Positions 50,809-63,158 of a stretch of 64,000 bases of DNA are shown here, one piece after another. Under the pieces are notes generated by a model. That model was not told the origin of the DNA. It ran no database searches and saw only the letters and a program-made list of their open reading frames with translations. The DNA is from Azolla caroliniana (Eukaryota > Plantae > Polypodiophyta). Made by a program: the position numbers and the translations under genes. Position 1 is the stretch's first letter. The number at the start of each line of letters is the position of its first letter. Location: NCBI GenBank assembly GCA_043228905.1, contig JBHGNT010000002.1, positions 11,346,001 through 11,410,000 on the forward strand, read 5' to 3'.

Positions 50809-52840
50809 CTTGCTTTTGATTACTCGGACGCGAACCCAAGATTACTTGCTTTTGAATGCTAGCTTACTGGGACGTTGTGCTAGATACGAGCGCCATGATA
50901 ACACATCTGCCTTCCCTTGGTACTTCCCAGGACGATATGTAATTTTGAAGTCGAAACGAGTGAGGAATTGGGCCCACTGAGCTTGACGTCGATTAAATAC
51001 ATGAGCATTCTGGAAGTAGGCAAGATTTTTGTGATCACTGAATACTTTGACTTGATGAGAAGATCCCTCTAAAAAATGCCTCCATTGTGTAAAAGAGTCC
51101 ACTATTGTGAATAGCTCCTTGTCATGTATTTCGTAGTTGATTTCGGCGGCGTCAAACTTGCGTGAGTGGAAAGCCACAGGTTGTAGCTTTTCATCATCAC
51201 CTTGTCGTGATAGAATGCTACCCAGGGCGAAATCTAATGTATCTACCTCAATGATGAACTATTTTTTTGGATCAACATGAGCTAGAATAGGAGCTAATGT
51301 AAATGCATTCTTAAGAATCACAAAATCTGTGTCCACTTCTTTATACCAAACAAACAACTACCCCTTTTTGGTAAGTTGTGTGAGAGGCAGAATAAACTTT
51401 GAGTAATCTTGTATAAACTTGTGGTAGAAATTGGCAAAGCCTAAAAGGCATTGCAGATCTCGCAACGAACGTGGATTCTGTCACTCTACCACAATTTTGA
51501 CCTTAACTGGATCCATAGAGATGCCTTCTGAGGAGATGACATAGCCTAGAAATTCCACTTGGTTGTAGTAGAAACTACATTTTTCTAGTTTTGCATAAAG
51601 ACCATGTTCTCAAAGTCGTTTTAGTAGTAATAGTACATGACAATCATGTTCTTCTTGAGTCTTCGAATAAAACTAGTAGATCATCCAAATAGATGATCAA
51701 ACAAATATCCAAGAGATCTCGGAATATATCATGTGTTCTAGAAAGAAGGCAAAGAAAACTTGTGTTCTGAAAACTTTTTCTTTTGTTGTGACAGAGAGAG
51801 TGAAGACGTAGGGTTTTGAGGAAATAAACAGTTCATATTTTTAGGGGTAAAAGCATGCGATTGGAAAAACTATTATAGCTAATTAGCTGTTAAAATGGCC
51901 ATAGCTATTTAACTATTTGTTTAGCTCGTTTTTTGTGGGAAAATCATAAGGATCATTTACAAAATTTTATGCTTTATTAATTAAATATATGTCATTTAAT
52001 TTATGAGAATACTAAAAAATTTGAACTTTTGTTTCAAACGTAGTAGAACTTGGGGAACAGTGCTCTCATCTAAACTCGACTTGAATGTCACCAAATTCCT
52101 ATTAATCCTGAGTAACTTGAGTTCGAAATCCAAACAGACGAAGTACTCTGAGCATGAACGCAGAGGAAGCTCCCGTAGCAGCACAAAAACTCTAAAACAT
52201 CGGGTCATTTGAAACAGGTAATATGTTGCATTTTAATTTACAAAGTTTCAGATCATGTAGTAAAACGATCCTAAGCTTGAACCATGTTATCCGTTCCTTT
52301 GGGTGAACACCTTCGATAGATCTGTGACTATCGGTATTCAAGGGCGTGGTACGTGAAGGCTCGTAACAGAGGTGTCATGAGGGAGAAAATGATCAGAGAT
52401 AAAACACTAGCGAGATCTTGACAGGCGTGGGCGGCGCTGAAATCATAGGTATGAACCAAAGCACAGACACATGGAGCAAAATGGGCACAAATAAGATATA
52501 TTACTGCGATAGAAAAAGGATTACAGAACACGGCCTACGGCCGGTGGCCTTACAGGATTATCTAGTTACGATGGACTAAGCTAATGCTTCCGCCTATGTT
52601 TTTCTTCTCCCCCACTCTGAAGTACTGGTCCTCGTTTAAATACCGTTTCCCCTAATACACAGCCGAGCCGTTGGTGGCCCGTGATACTCGGACTCGGCGT
52701 TTGCTAATTTCCTAATTTTACATTTCTGTCCTTTGGACAGCACTTGGCACGCCCGTGGGACAGAACCTTGTCCGTCGGACCCACGACTTACAAAATACTA
52801 ACAATATTACAAAAATTGCCTTTTAGGCGTGATCCTCGGT

Positions 52841-55800
52841 TCATTCCTCTTTTAAGATGTCGAGAATGTTTTCAGGGTCCGGGGTGGTGGCAGGGTGGTC
52901 TGGTTGGACTGTCGGTGCAGGGGGTTGAGTTTGGTCTGGGGGTGTCATATCTTCTCGGGCGTCCACTTCAGGTGCGGCCGATTCTTCTGGTGGGGGTGTG
53001 GGTTCGAGGGCGCTGACCTCTACTTCGACTGGATCTGGTACCGTGTGGTCGTCCTCGGGAGGTCTATTGGCCGGGGCAAGTTCCTCCTGTACCGTGTCCG
53101 TGATCCCCTGGCTGGAAGGTTCTTCCTTCTGATCTGTGGCCGTTGGAGGGCTGGTTGGAATGGCTGCGAGTCGTTCTCGTTCGAAGGCTTCTGCTTCCAG
53201 GCGAAACAACATCTGACTATCATTGAAGTCCTCCAGTATTTGCTCGATTTCCGCAGTGTGAGATTTTGCCAAGGACTAGTAATCCTCGGTTAAATCTGCA
53301 CGCAGGTTTTGTATGCTGGCTTCGTCCATTTTGTAAAAGCCGCGGCCCTCCTTCCGTCGGTTCTCGGCGTCGGCGCGTAAAATATGCAATTCGGCAGCTT
53401 GGGCTGCCCATTCGTCTCTTGCGCGACTTAATGTTTCCTCGACCTTTTTGGTGAGGTGCTGGCGCTGTTTCTCGATCAGTATTCTGATGCGTGTCTCATC
53501 CATGCCGGGCTATGCTCGGATGGCTGCTAATTCCTGTTTTAAGCCGTTGACCTCGGCTTGAAGCTTCCTTGCTAGTAGTTCATAGGTGGCTTGAGTGTTC
53601 TTTGCATCCGCGGTTACGAGCTGGATAGACTGCTCATAATGCTTGGTGAGTTCTTCGGTAGCTTTCTCCCATTCTTTTTGACATGCGGCCCAGACTTGTT
53701 CCCGTTCGACGATTCTCTCTTCTTGTAGGGCGAAGTAGGAATCCGATAATTCGTCTTTTTGCTCCGAAAGTAGCTTGCATTTGATGAAAAACTCGTGAGT
53801 CATTTCTTTAAGGGTCGTACGCCGACTCTGCAGCTCGGCATTCTCCGCGATCATTCTCTCCTCCCGTTGGCGATTTCTTTCCTCCTGCCGGTGGTTCCAG
53901 TCTTTCGCATTGTCGAGCGCAGCTTGTAGATCTTGGACCTCCTTCTCTTTCTCTGCCACTGTGGCTGCGTATTCCTCCAGCTTGCTTTTGAGTTCAGCTT
54001 CTTTGCCCGCGGCTTGCGCTTGTACCCGGCCCAATGCTTCGTTCTGCTCGTGTATCCTTTGGTCGGCCTGGGCTCTAATCTCAGTCATCTGCTTGGAAGC
54101 TTCTTCTTTTAGGCGAGCCATCGCCTCCTGATGCCGTTGTTCGTGTCTCTCGGTTCGCCGTTGTTCTTCTTTAAGGTCCGCTCGGTAATCCCGGAGCGGG
54201 GGTTCTGTCTGGGTTGCCACCTCCTTGGGTGGACGAGGGGGTGGTATTTCGGTCTTCTCCATGGGCGTGGCCGCCTCGGTTGTTGTGTAGGCATCGACCA
54301 TTTGTAATGAGTTCGTTTGTGTGCTGGCCTGGATCGTCAGGATTGAATCCGTGACGGTGCTTTCATCCATCATTGTTATGCATGGAGGGGCGGGGAGGGC
54401 CCCGGTGGTCATGGTCGGAAGGCTCAAGAGTTGTTGTTCCGGCCGGTTTTGCTCCCAGGCTGCCAGTTTTTGGGCTATTTTTATCTTTCGGGCCATGTCT
54501 TTGGTTGCCCGCGTAGTGCGATCCAGGTCCCTATATGCCTCGATAAGGGCCGTGTTCAACTCGGGGACCTCCATGAGGAGAGCGGCCTGTTTTGCCTGGC
54601 GAGGAAGTCGACCAGCTCGAATGTCGTACCGAGGCGTAGGAGAGCACTAAATTCATAAGCCTCCGCGGGGAGGTCTTTATACCCGGGGACTTCATCCTCC
54701 GAGATCTGCATTGTCTGCCCATGCTCGATCTTTCCATGGTTCAGCGATGCCTCCTCAGGGATGATGGCCAGGTTGCTATGGCTGACAACTAAGGCTTGCT
54801 CCTATTGTGGCTCTTTCTGTTCTACTGAGGACTCGCGGTTGAGTCGTCTTCTCTTGCTCGGCTGAGTTTGGGGTTCCGGGGCCGGTAGTGTCGTTTCCTC
54901 GGCCTGCTTCCTTTTCTGGGGCCGTGGTGGTGTTGCCTGCTGTGTGTTGGGGCGTGGGCTAGGCCCTGGGGAAGTTACCGAGGGGCGCGGCGTTGGCTGT
55001 CGAATGGTGACATCATCTGCCGTGTTACCCTCCGTGGCTATTGAAAAGAGAGATGATGATAGAAAAGAGAGAGAAGGAAGATATAGAACCCAAATCTACA
55101 AAGATATATTAATAAGGAGTGATGATCATAGAAACAAGAGAAAGAAGATACATAAACTCAAGCCTACAAGGATGAATTGATCACTAGAAAAACGCGCTAC
55201 ATGAATAGGCAAGAAAAACACCACAAGAAAAAAGCTCCTTCTCACCACCTCACTCTTCTTGCTTTATATGAAGTTCTCCTCTAGTAGATAAGTTTCGCTT
55301 GCTTTCTTTTCCACGCTTTTTTTAGAGCTTTTCCATCTCCTATTCTTAGTTATGACACAACGATCTTCTAATCGTCATATCTCCCTCATCCATGCTCCAA
55401 ATTTAGAGTTTTAAAAAGCTACGGATAGCTCTCTTCACAAACTTTCTAACCCATATTTACACGTGATATTTGGGTGTCAAACGAGAGAGTTATGAGCGTT
55501 TGTTTCTGACTGCTTTTTGGTGGTCTGCTTTTTCCTTCTTTTACTTTTCTCCATCTTTCTTGTTTTTAGTTTGACTTATACTTGAAACCTTGATTCGTGT
55601 TCTTGGCCTTCGGGTGTGAATGCTCCATACCTTATATTTTTGTAGACTTCAATACCTTGAATTCTAAAAACACTTTCACATTTAGCCCTCCCCCTTGCTT
55701 TTTGGTGAACCATTTATGGTGAACCCTAAGCTACTAATAAAACTAAAGGTTCTCCTTCGCCTTATTCATGGCTATAGACAAAGAAGGAGAAAATAAATAG

Positions 55801-57710
55801 AAAAGAAACAAACTATGTGAGTAAAACCCCCGCTAGTCGATAGGAAAAACCTCACACTTCTAAACACACACACATACACATTGACAATTGCCATCACCAT
55901 CTTTCTCCTTGTCAACACAAAGAAAGAGGTTACAACAATTAGTATATCTTCATCAACTTTCCAAACAGAAGTAGGTCTATGTGATACATAACTCTTGATA
56001 GAAGTAAGCATGTTAACATATGAATAAGTCTTTCGAGCGAGCGAACCTTTTGTACAAATACCTTCAAAGCTTCGAGACTTGTCAGAATTGTCATATTTTG
56101 AATTACGTCAATCTTTGCTTCATCAACATGACTTTCTTCTTGTACACCACATTCTCCACATTACCTTGTTTTGTATGTATGACCATTTCATCTAGAATCT
56201 CATCTCGAAAAGGAAGCAAAAATAAATCTCGTTTGGTTGAATCATTCAAGGGTTGGAAGTTGACGTCTTTCTCCTTTGGAACAACCACAATAAGTGAGAC
56301 AAACTTCAAATTCTCCAACTTGATGTGGTGTTTGATGCCTTCTACTCTTATCTGTGAATAGTCATTTATGAATAACTTTGTAAACTTAAAAAAAAGAGAA
56401 ATAAACCTTAGATCCTCTTCTCCTTGGACATCGTTTGAAATCATCTTCTTTTTCCCCTTTAGGGTGATAATACTTTTCTCTTCAATGACTTCTTCTTCCT
56501 CCTTAGACACCATGTGGAATGATTTGTTTTCCCTATCCCATGAATATTCATCAATTGTTATGCTTTCCTCTTCTTGATTGCCATTGTCGATAGATGATTC
56601 CTTCTCCTTTATACATTTGATTAGTTGTGGTGGATCCTTTGATGGTGATAAGTTAATGATACTCCAATCATGCATTACAAGTAATTCTCTTTGCTCTTGA
56701 TCAAATTGTTGTTGAAGAGTTGATGCCCACATAACTTTGTTGCTACTCAATGCAAATCCAAAACACAAATCTTGCACAAACACCTTCATACACTGCATCT
56801 TGGCACTTACCAATGCTTCCTTACATGCATTGATCTCCAAAAGCCAATCTCCAGCTATCACTTCTAGGTTACCTTCTTCATCTTGCAACGAGGGTGGGTA
56901 TAGAACCATCAAAAAGTGGGTAAGAACAGACAACATCTTTTTACTGGACTGGAATGAGGCTAAGGCGGCGCGGAGTCCTTCGCCTGTGATGATTCCCCAA
57001 TTGACTCTGTTTCCTTCATACGCGTTGATGATGATGGCTGCCTTGTTCTGCAGCATGCTCGTCGGGTTCGTATGCACGAACGCATACTCCATCAATATAC
57101 GAGCAATCTCCCCGAAAGCTCTGTTGGGACTGCCATACGTGCGATATACCTTCCCTGAGGTTGAGTACTCACCGAAGTACTCTTTCAACTTCGATGCCGG
57201 GGGTATGTCGACCTCATGGTCCCCTCCCCGTTGCAGGTCCAAAACAGCCCGAAGCACGTTGTTGATGATGGCTTCGGGACAAATACGTTTAGCCACTCCT
57301 AGGGCATCTGGGTGCGTGGGGGCATCGATGATCTTCAGGTAACCACCCATTCCTCGTTCCTGGAGCCAGGCGCGGGTTTCTGTTGAAGCGGTAAGAGGCA
57401 TGGTGGAGATGGAGACGGGGTTTGACTGTGTGGAAGCGTGAAGAAGAGTGATGAGGCGAGGGCGAGACAGAGGAGGAACAGTAGGAAGGGGAAGTTCAGT
57501 AGAGGGGCTATGAGAGCGAAAGAGGGCTTGAGAGCAAGAGCGTTTAGAGCGATGAGAGCGAGAAGGGGCTTCTGAGCTTGAGAGCGATGGAGATTGGGAG
57601 CGATAATGAACTTCTGTGTCTGTGCTACGTTTTGGAAACGGTTTTAGTAACTTACTCCTAGGGTTTTGTGCCCGAAGCGAATCCTGAAGATTCTGAGTCG
57701 TGGGTGCCAT
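52841..57710 (-). pseudogene. ORF2 of element H (coiled-coil protein), interrupted at 55042-56886
   Basis: Homologous to ORF2 of A and C; 354-aa E/K/Q/R-rich coiled-coil segment at 53510-54574. Confidence 0.75.
55042..56886 (-). mobile_element. Truncated relative of element F (one LTR 55042-55680 plus RT-like scraps)
   Basis: LTR ends AAAAACACTTTCACA followed by TTTAGCCCTCCCC as in F; shares FVSLIVVVPK...NDSTKRD.F.LPF. Confidence 0.8.
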
Positions 57711-57916
57711 AATAAGTGACTAGCACCACGTGTCCTGAAGGTGAGTGGGGTGCTTCTAGTGCTTTGCATGTGCTTAAATAGGTACTAAATGAGTGGTGGC
57801 GAGGGGTGCTCCTAAATTTGTGGGTGCCTAGGTGGGTGGTGTAGGTGTAGCTAATTGATGGCTAAACTATGGTTAATCCTACCTACTTTATAAATTTCAA
57901 GAAGGTGGGTGAGTCC

Positions 57917-60900
57917 TTATTCTGGGGGACACGTGGCCTCCTCCGTGGTGGTTTCCCGAAATGGGTTGGGTGGTGTAGTGCCTCGATATGGTCGAAGTCG
58001 GAAACCATTGGCCCAGCTTTTTACAGTGTCGCCGGCGAGTGTGCCGAGCTGGAACGTCCCGTTGAACTCGTCGATAATCCAGAATGGACTGGTCCACCGA
58101 AATCTTAATTTTCCCGGCATAGACCCGAGTCATGTTTGAAAAAGAAGAACCGGTTTGCCGATGGTGAGCTCCTTTTCCAGCCCGTTTCGATGTCGATCCA
58201 CGAAAGCCTTGCGTTGTCATTGGCGTTGTTCGAGCTGGGCCATACTCTCTATCCTGTCTTCGCCGAGTTCGAGGAGTTGTTCCAGCCGGTATTGCTCGGA
58301 TTGGGCCTCGAGGAGCCGTGCTTTGATTTGAACATGGAGGCTCAGGACTTGGAACTCGACGGGCATTACGGCTTCTAACCCGAACACCATTCGAAAGGGG
58401 GTTGATTGGATGCTTGTTTTGAAAGTCGTACGATACGCCCACAACGCGCTCTGGAGTTTGTCATCCTAATCGGCCCTGTTTTCATTGATGATCTTCTTCA
58501 TTATGGTTTGGAGGATTTTATTGGTTGATTCCGCCAAGCCGTTCGCCTGTGGGTAGTATGGTGTGCTTTTCTTGTGCACCACCGCATAGTGGTGTGTAAG
58601 CTCACGTATTATATGATTGATGAAGTGCTCACCTTGGTCACTAACGAGCTTGATTGGGCATCCATAACGGCACCAGAGGTGCTCGTACACGAATTTAGTC
58701 GTGGATGCCGCCGTGTTGTCTCGGAGTGCCTTAGCCTCGACCCATTTGGTGCAGTAATCCGTGGCAACGATAATATACCTATTCCCTGTACGGGCCACGG
58801 GTGGTTTGAAAGAGCCTACAAAATCCAAACCCCATTTTTGAAATGGGTCCAACAAAAGAATCGGCCGGTGTGGCATGCGTGACTGTTCCATTGGTTGCCC
58901 CAGTCGTTGGCACAAATCGCACTGCCGGCAAAACTCGTGAGCGTCTCTCTTCGTTGTCGGCCACCACAATCTGCTTTGCCAAACTTTCCTTGCCGTGGAA
59001 TCCCCGGCGTAGTGCCCTCGAGCTACTCCCTAGTGGGCCTCCTGAAGAACGACGTTCTTCTCGAATTGCCGAATCGCTCGGCGCCATATGCCGTCCGAGC
59101 CTTTATGGTAGAGAATGTCCGAGACGAGGCAAAAATTCCGGCTACGCACTGCTAGGCATTTTCTCGTGTCAAGGGGCATGTGCTCAGGAGGTAAACCGGT
59201 AGTGAGAAAATGGGTCATCTCCGTGATCCATTCATCTTCGTTATCGTTTGGCATCGTGGTCAGGTTAAATAGGTTGGCGTCCGGTAGTTCGTCGTACGTT
59301 GTTTTCGCCGATTACCTTGACTCAAGACGGCTCAAGTAGTCGGCGACGGCATGTTGTACCCCGGGTCGATGCTGAATCTGGAAATCAAACTCTTGGAGTA
59401 GGAGCATCCACCAAGCCAACTGTCCGGTGAGGGCTTGTTTATTGACCAAATAAAGAAGGGCCGAGTGATCCACGTGAAAGGTAAATTTTTGGCCCAAGAG
59501 GTAATGCCGGAATTTATTGATGCTATAAATCATACTGAGGGCCTCCCACTCGGTGGTGGAGTAATTCTTTTCCGCGGTCGAGAGCCGTCGGTTGGCGTAG
59601 TACACGGGCCTATACCAATTCGGGGGTGTGCATTGCATCAAGGCACTTCCGATGGCGATGTCTGAAGCATCTACGAAGACATGAAACGGTTCGGACCAAA
59701 CCGGAGACTCGACCACCAAGGCATGTGACAACATTAGTTTCAGGGTCTGATAGGCCGTGTCCTCGATTGACGTCCATTGGAAGGGAAGGCGATGGACTGC
59801 CGCGTGTAAAGGTGTCGCGAAATCGGCCAGGTGTCGTATCATTCGGCTGTGCCACCAGATCTGTCCCAAAAATCGGCTTAGTGCCTTAGCGTTCGAGGGT
59901 GCGATGGCGGTCAGGATTGCCTTTACTTTATCCGGGTCCATAGCAATGCCTTCTTGACTGACAATGCGGCCAAGAAGGTTGCCGTTGGTGACTAAGAACG
60001 CGCATTTCGCCGGGTTTAAGCTCAATCGAGCTTGGCGACATCGGTCCAGGTAGAGTCGTAACTGGGTCATGTGTTCCCGTCGATGGCCATACACGGCGAA
60101 ATCGTCGAGAAAGACCTGCATGAAAGCCGGGATGTAGTCATGAAAGATTTCAGTGATGATGCGCTAGAACGTAGCCGGCGCCGTTTTTAGACCGAACATC
60201 ATTACTTCTGCTACAAAAACACCCCATTCCGTAACGAAAGCGGTTTTCTCCTGATCCTCCGGGTGCATTCTTATCTGGTTATAGCCGCTGAACCCGTCGA
60301 GGAAATTGTAGCATTCGTGGCCGGCTACCGTGTCAAAGACGCTGTCCGTGAATGGGAGAGGGAAACCGTCGGTGACTGTTGCTGCGTTAAGCTTCCGATA
60401 GTTGACGCAGACGCGGATTTTTCCGTTCTTCTTTGGGACCACTACGATAGGGCTCAACCACGTGGCCCGTTTAACAGGGCGAATGAAGCCCACTCGGAGT
60501 AGTTTGTCGATTTCCTCTTTGACTTTAGCGGCGTAGTTGGGGTTCATCCTGGAGCGCCTCTGTTGAACCGGCTGAGTGTCAGGTAAGATGTGAATTTGAT
60601 GTTGATAGTATTGAGGATCCAGCCCCTTCATATCGGTGTAAGACCAAGCGAAAACATCCTGGTAGTCGGTGAGCAATCGTACGAGGCATGCCCGTTCTCT
60701 GGTTGGTAGATTATTGGCAATTTGTAACGTACGGGGATTCTCGTCCGAGCCGAGGTTTATTGTTTCCAGGGTTGATGCTTTGACTCGTTGTGAAATGGCG
60801 AGTTCGTGTTCGAAAGCCTCCCGAGCATGGCGTAGCTCGGCAACGGTGGTGGGATCTGGTTCATCTTGGGGTGGTGATTCCTCCGTGACTTCCTCGTCTT

Positions 60901-63158
60901 TAGGTGGCTCGATGGTTGGTAAGGCATTGATTTCGAAGAGAGGGATGATCGTGGGATGATCATCTAGGAAGTCATCGACCTCCGCATCGGCCAAACCGTC
61001 AAGCATATGGACCCCTTCCGCGTATAATGGCGAAGTGTTGAGGGCGACGGGGACTCGTTCTTCAGTGATGATTCGGACTTTTGTCTTGCCTCTTCGGAAC
61101 GAGATCATGTTGCGTTGCCAATGTTGCTTGATATTCGTTGTACGCAACCATGGTCGACCTAGTAACATTGGGTAGGCACCTTGTGTCTCCAGTCTTAGCA
61201 CGACGGCCGAGATCGTGAACATGTGGCCTCCGAGTGTGAAGTCGAGATGGCGGATTAAACCAATGGGGCGAACGGAGCGGGTGTCGGCCATCCGAAGCCA
61301 AAAGGGGCATGGTTCCCATTGATTCAGGCTGAGGTTGTGACACGTTGACTCGCTAATAACGTTTACGCCGGATCCGCCGTCGATGATGCATCCGTGCAGG
61401 TCTTGTCCCTTAATGATGATTCGCACAGCTGGGTTCTAAGAATCCATGAGTGGTGGACCGGTTCCTGCTTCGGTGAGGTGTACCGGTGGCGTCACGGGCT
61501 TAGTATTGGCTTGGAGTGCCGCCAGGGTGTCCCGAAATCTCGGCATGAGTGGTAACAGTTTATGTAGGGGCAGCGAGATGCGGGAGTTGGTAAGAACATC
61601 CCATAGTTGGTCGTCCTTCGACGACGTGGATGGTACCGAGGTTTGTGGTGCTTCACTGGGCCTGTCTCTCATGTCAGTTTGCATGCGCACGACATTATTT
61701 TTATTGGCCGTGTCGATCCATTCTTTTGCTACCTGATGGACTTCATCCTGGATTTGCCATTGTGTAGTCTGCGCTTCACTCCGGGTAGTGACAGTTTGAA
61801 CATTGGCCATGATACTCTTCACCACAGGTGCCTTGCCACGGTCGGTTGTTGGACATTGCGTGACGTAGTGGCCTGGTTGGTTACATTTAAAACATGTAAC
61901 GTTGGCCGAGCTGCTGGTGTCCGCTCGGTCTGTGTGTGGAAGCTGTTGCTGTTGATTCCAAGTCTCGTTTGGTGGTGGGTTGTTCCGAGGTGCATTGGAG
62001 TTGCGCTAGTCATTTTGAGGAGCGTCCCGTCGGCGGTTGTCGTCAGGTCTTCTATTGTTGTGTGTGTTGCGGTTGCCGTTTCGCCGATCAATGCGTGAGT
62101 TCCGTCGGTCATACCAGTCATCGCGATCGTCATCATATCGTCATACCAGTCATCGCGATCGTCATACCGATCATCGCGATAGTGATCACGTCGGTAGTCA
62201 TCGTCTCGGCGCCGTTGATCCGGGGATCGCGGTCGGTCGTTATCCTGGTCTCAGTAGACATATCGCTTGTCCTGCCGAGAGTATGTATTTCGTGGCTCGA
62301 TCTGGCGGACTGGTGCCGCCGTTGTGCGGTTCAGCATATTATATTCGCACTGCTCGACAGTGTGAGCTCGAGACTGACAGATCAGACACTGTGGTCGGTG
62401 GGGACATTCGAAGGCAGGTGCCCTGATCCTGAACACGCCGTGCATTGGAGAGCTTGGCGAAAGCAATTGTCCTCTTGAGGAAGAGCGTTTTGTAAGGATG
62501 TCATCGAGAAGGCCGCGTCGTGCTGGGTCCGATCGAGGACGAGAACCCGCGCTATGACTTGTTCGATAGTATGGTTGGCGAAATTTGTAAGTGCGAGAGT
62601 CGTTCGGAGAGGCTCTTGTAAACTGGACAGGAAAGTGTCCGGTATATGTTGTGCCGAGACATCATCGGCCACTTGTCTGTAGAGATCCTGGAACCGGATT
62701 GTGAACTGCGCGACCGTTTCGTGCAGTTCCTGGCATATAGAGAAGAATTGCCGGAGCAGTTCTCGTTTAGGCACCTCGCGATGAAAAAGTTCAAGGAACT
62801 TTGTGCGCATGATTTGGAAAGTGGTAACCTCGCCTATTTTGAGGCGAGAGTACCATCGTGCGGCCGGTCCATCGAGGGACAGTGTGAACTCGGCAATCTT
62901 TGAGGCATCGATTTCGGCCGGCGTGAGGCGGTGCGTTGAGTGGTTGGCCTGCCACGTGGATATGAAGGCACGGATGTGTGACTCCGCGTCTGGTCCGTTG
63001 GTGTATTGTGGGTATGGGTACGGCATGATGTGGTACTCTGGGTCTTCTGTTAGCATTGGAAAAGGGTTTAGTTCCGGTTGATTGACCTCCGGAGGGCTCA
63101 GCGGGGGTTTTGGTGGTGAATCAACTCGCGATCGAGTGTCCGGTGGCGAGGATTGCAC
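57917..63158 (-). pseudogene. gag-pol of element H
   Basis: IIDGGSGVN; WLSPIVVVPKKNG; FLDGFSGYNQI; VFLDDF; FHVFVDASD; WGLDFVG; SDQGEHF; GPY/F-like KLRFRWTSPF; gag CCHC knuckles. Confidence 0.93.

Larger units (their letters stand above)
47583..51733 (-). mobile_element. Tcn1-like chromovirus G, 5'-truncated (RT part, RH, INT, chromodomain, 3' LTR 47583-48028)
   Basis: NYEIHDKELF, ISLDFITDL, chromodomain remnant ~48090-48230, PPT AGGGGGGGGTAG before the LTR. Close paralogue of element B. Confidence 0.87.

Noticed and set aside
51735-52195. Unassigned AT-rich segment before the second TIR as part of the transposon
   Set aside because: It lies outside the TIR. The first ~110 bp resemble gypsy C spacer (~29580-29690) and the rest has no interpretable signal.
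56103-57710. 535-aa ORF as a novel gene
   Set aside because: It is a chance in-frame fusion of the gypsy H ORF2 N-terminus (to VLYPPSL) with the inserted F-like fragment.
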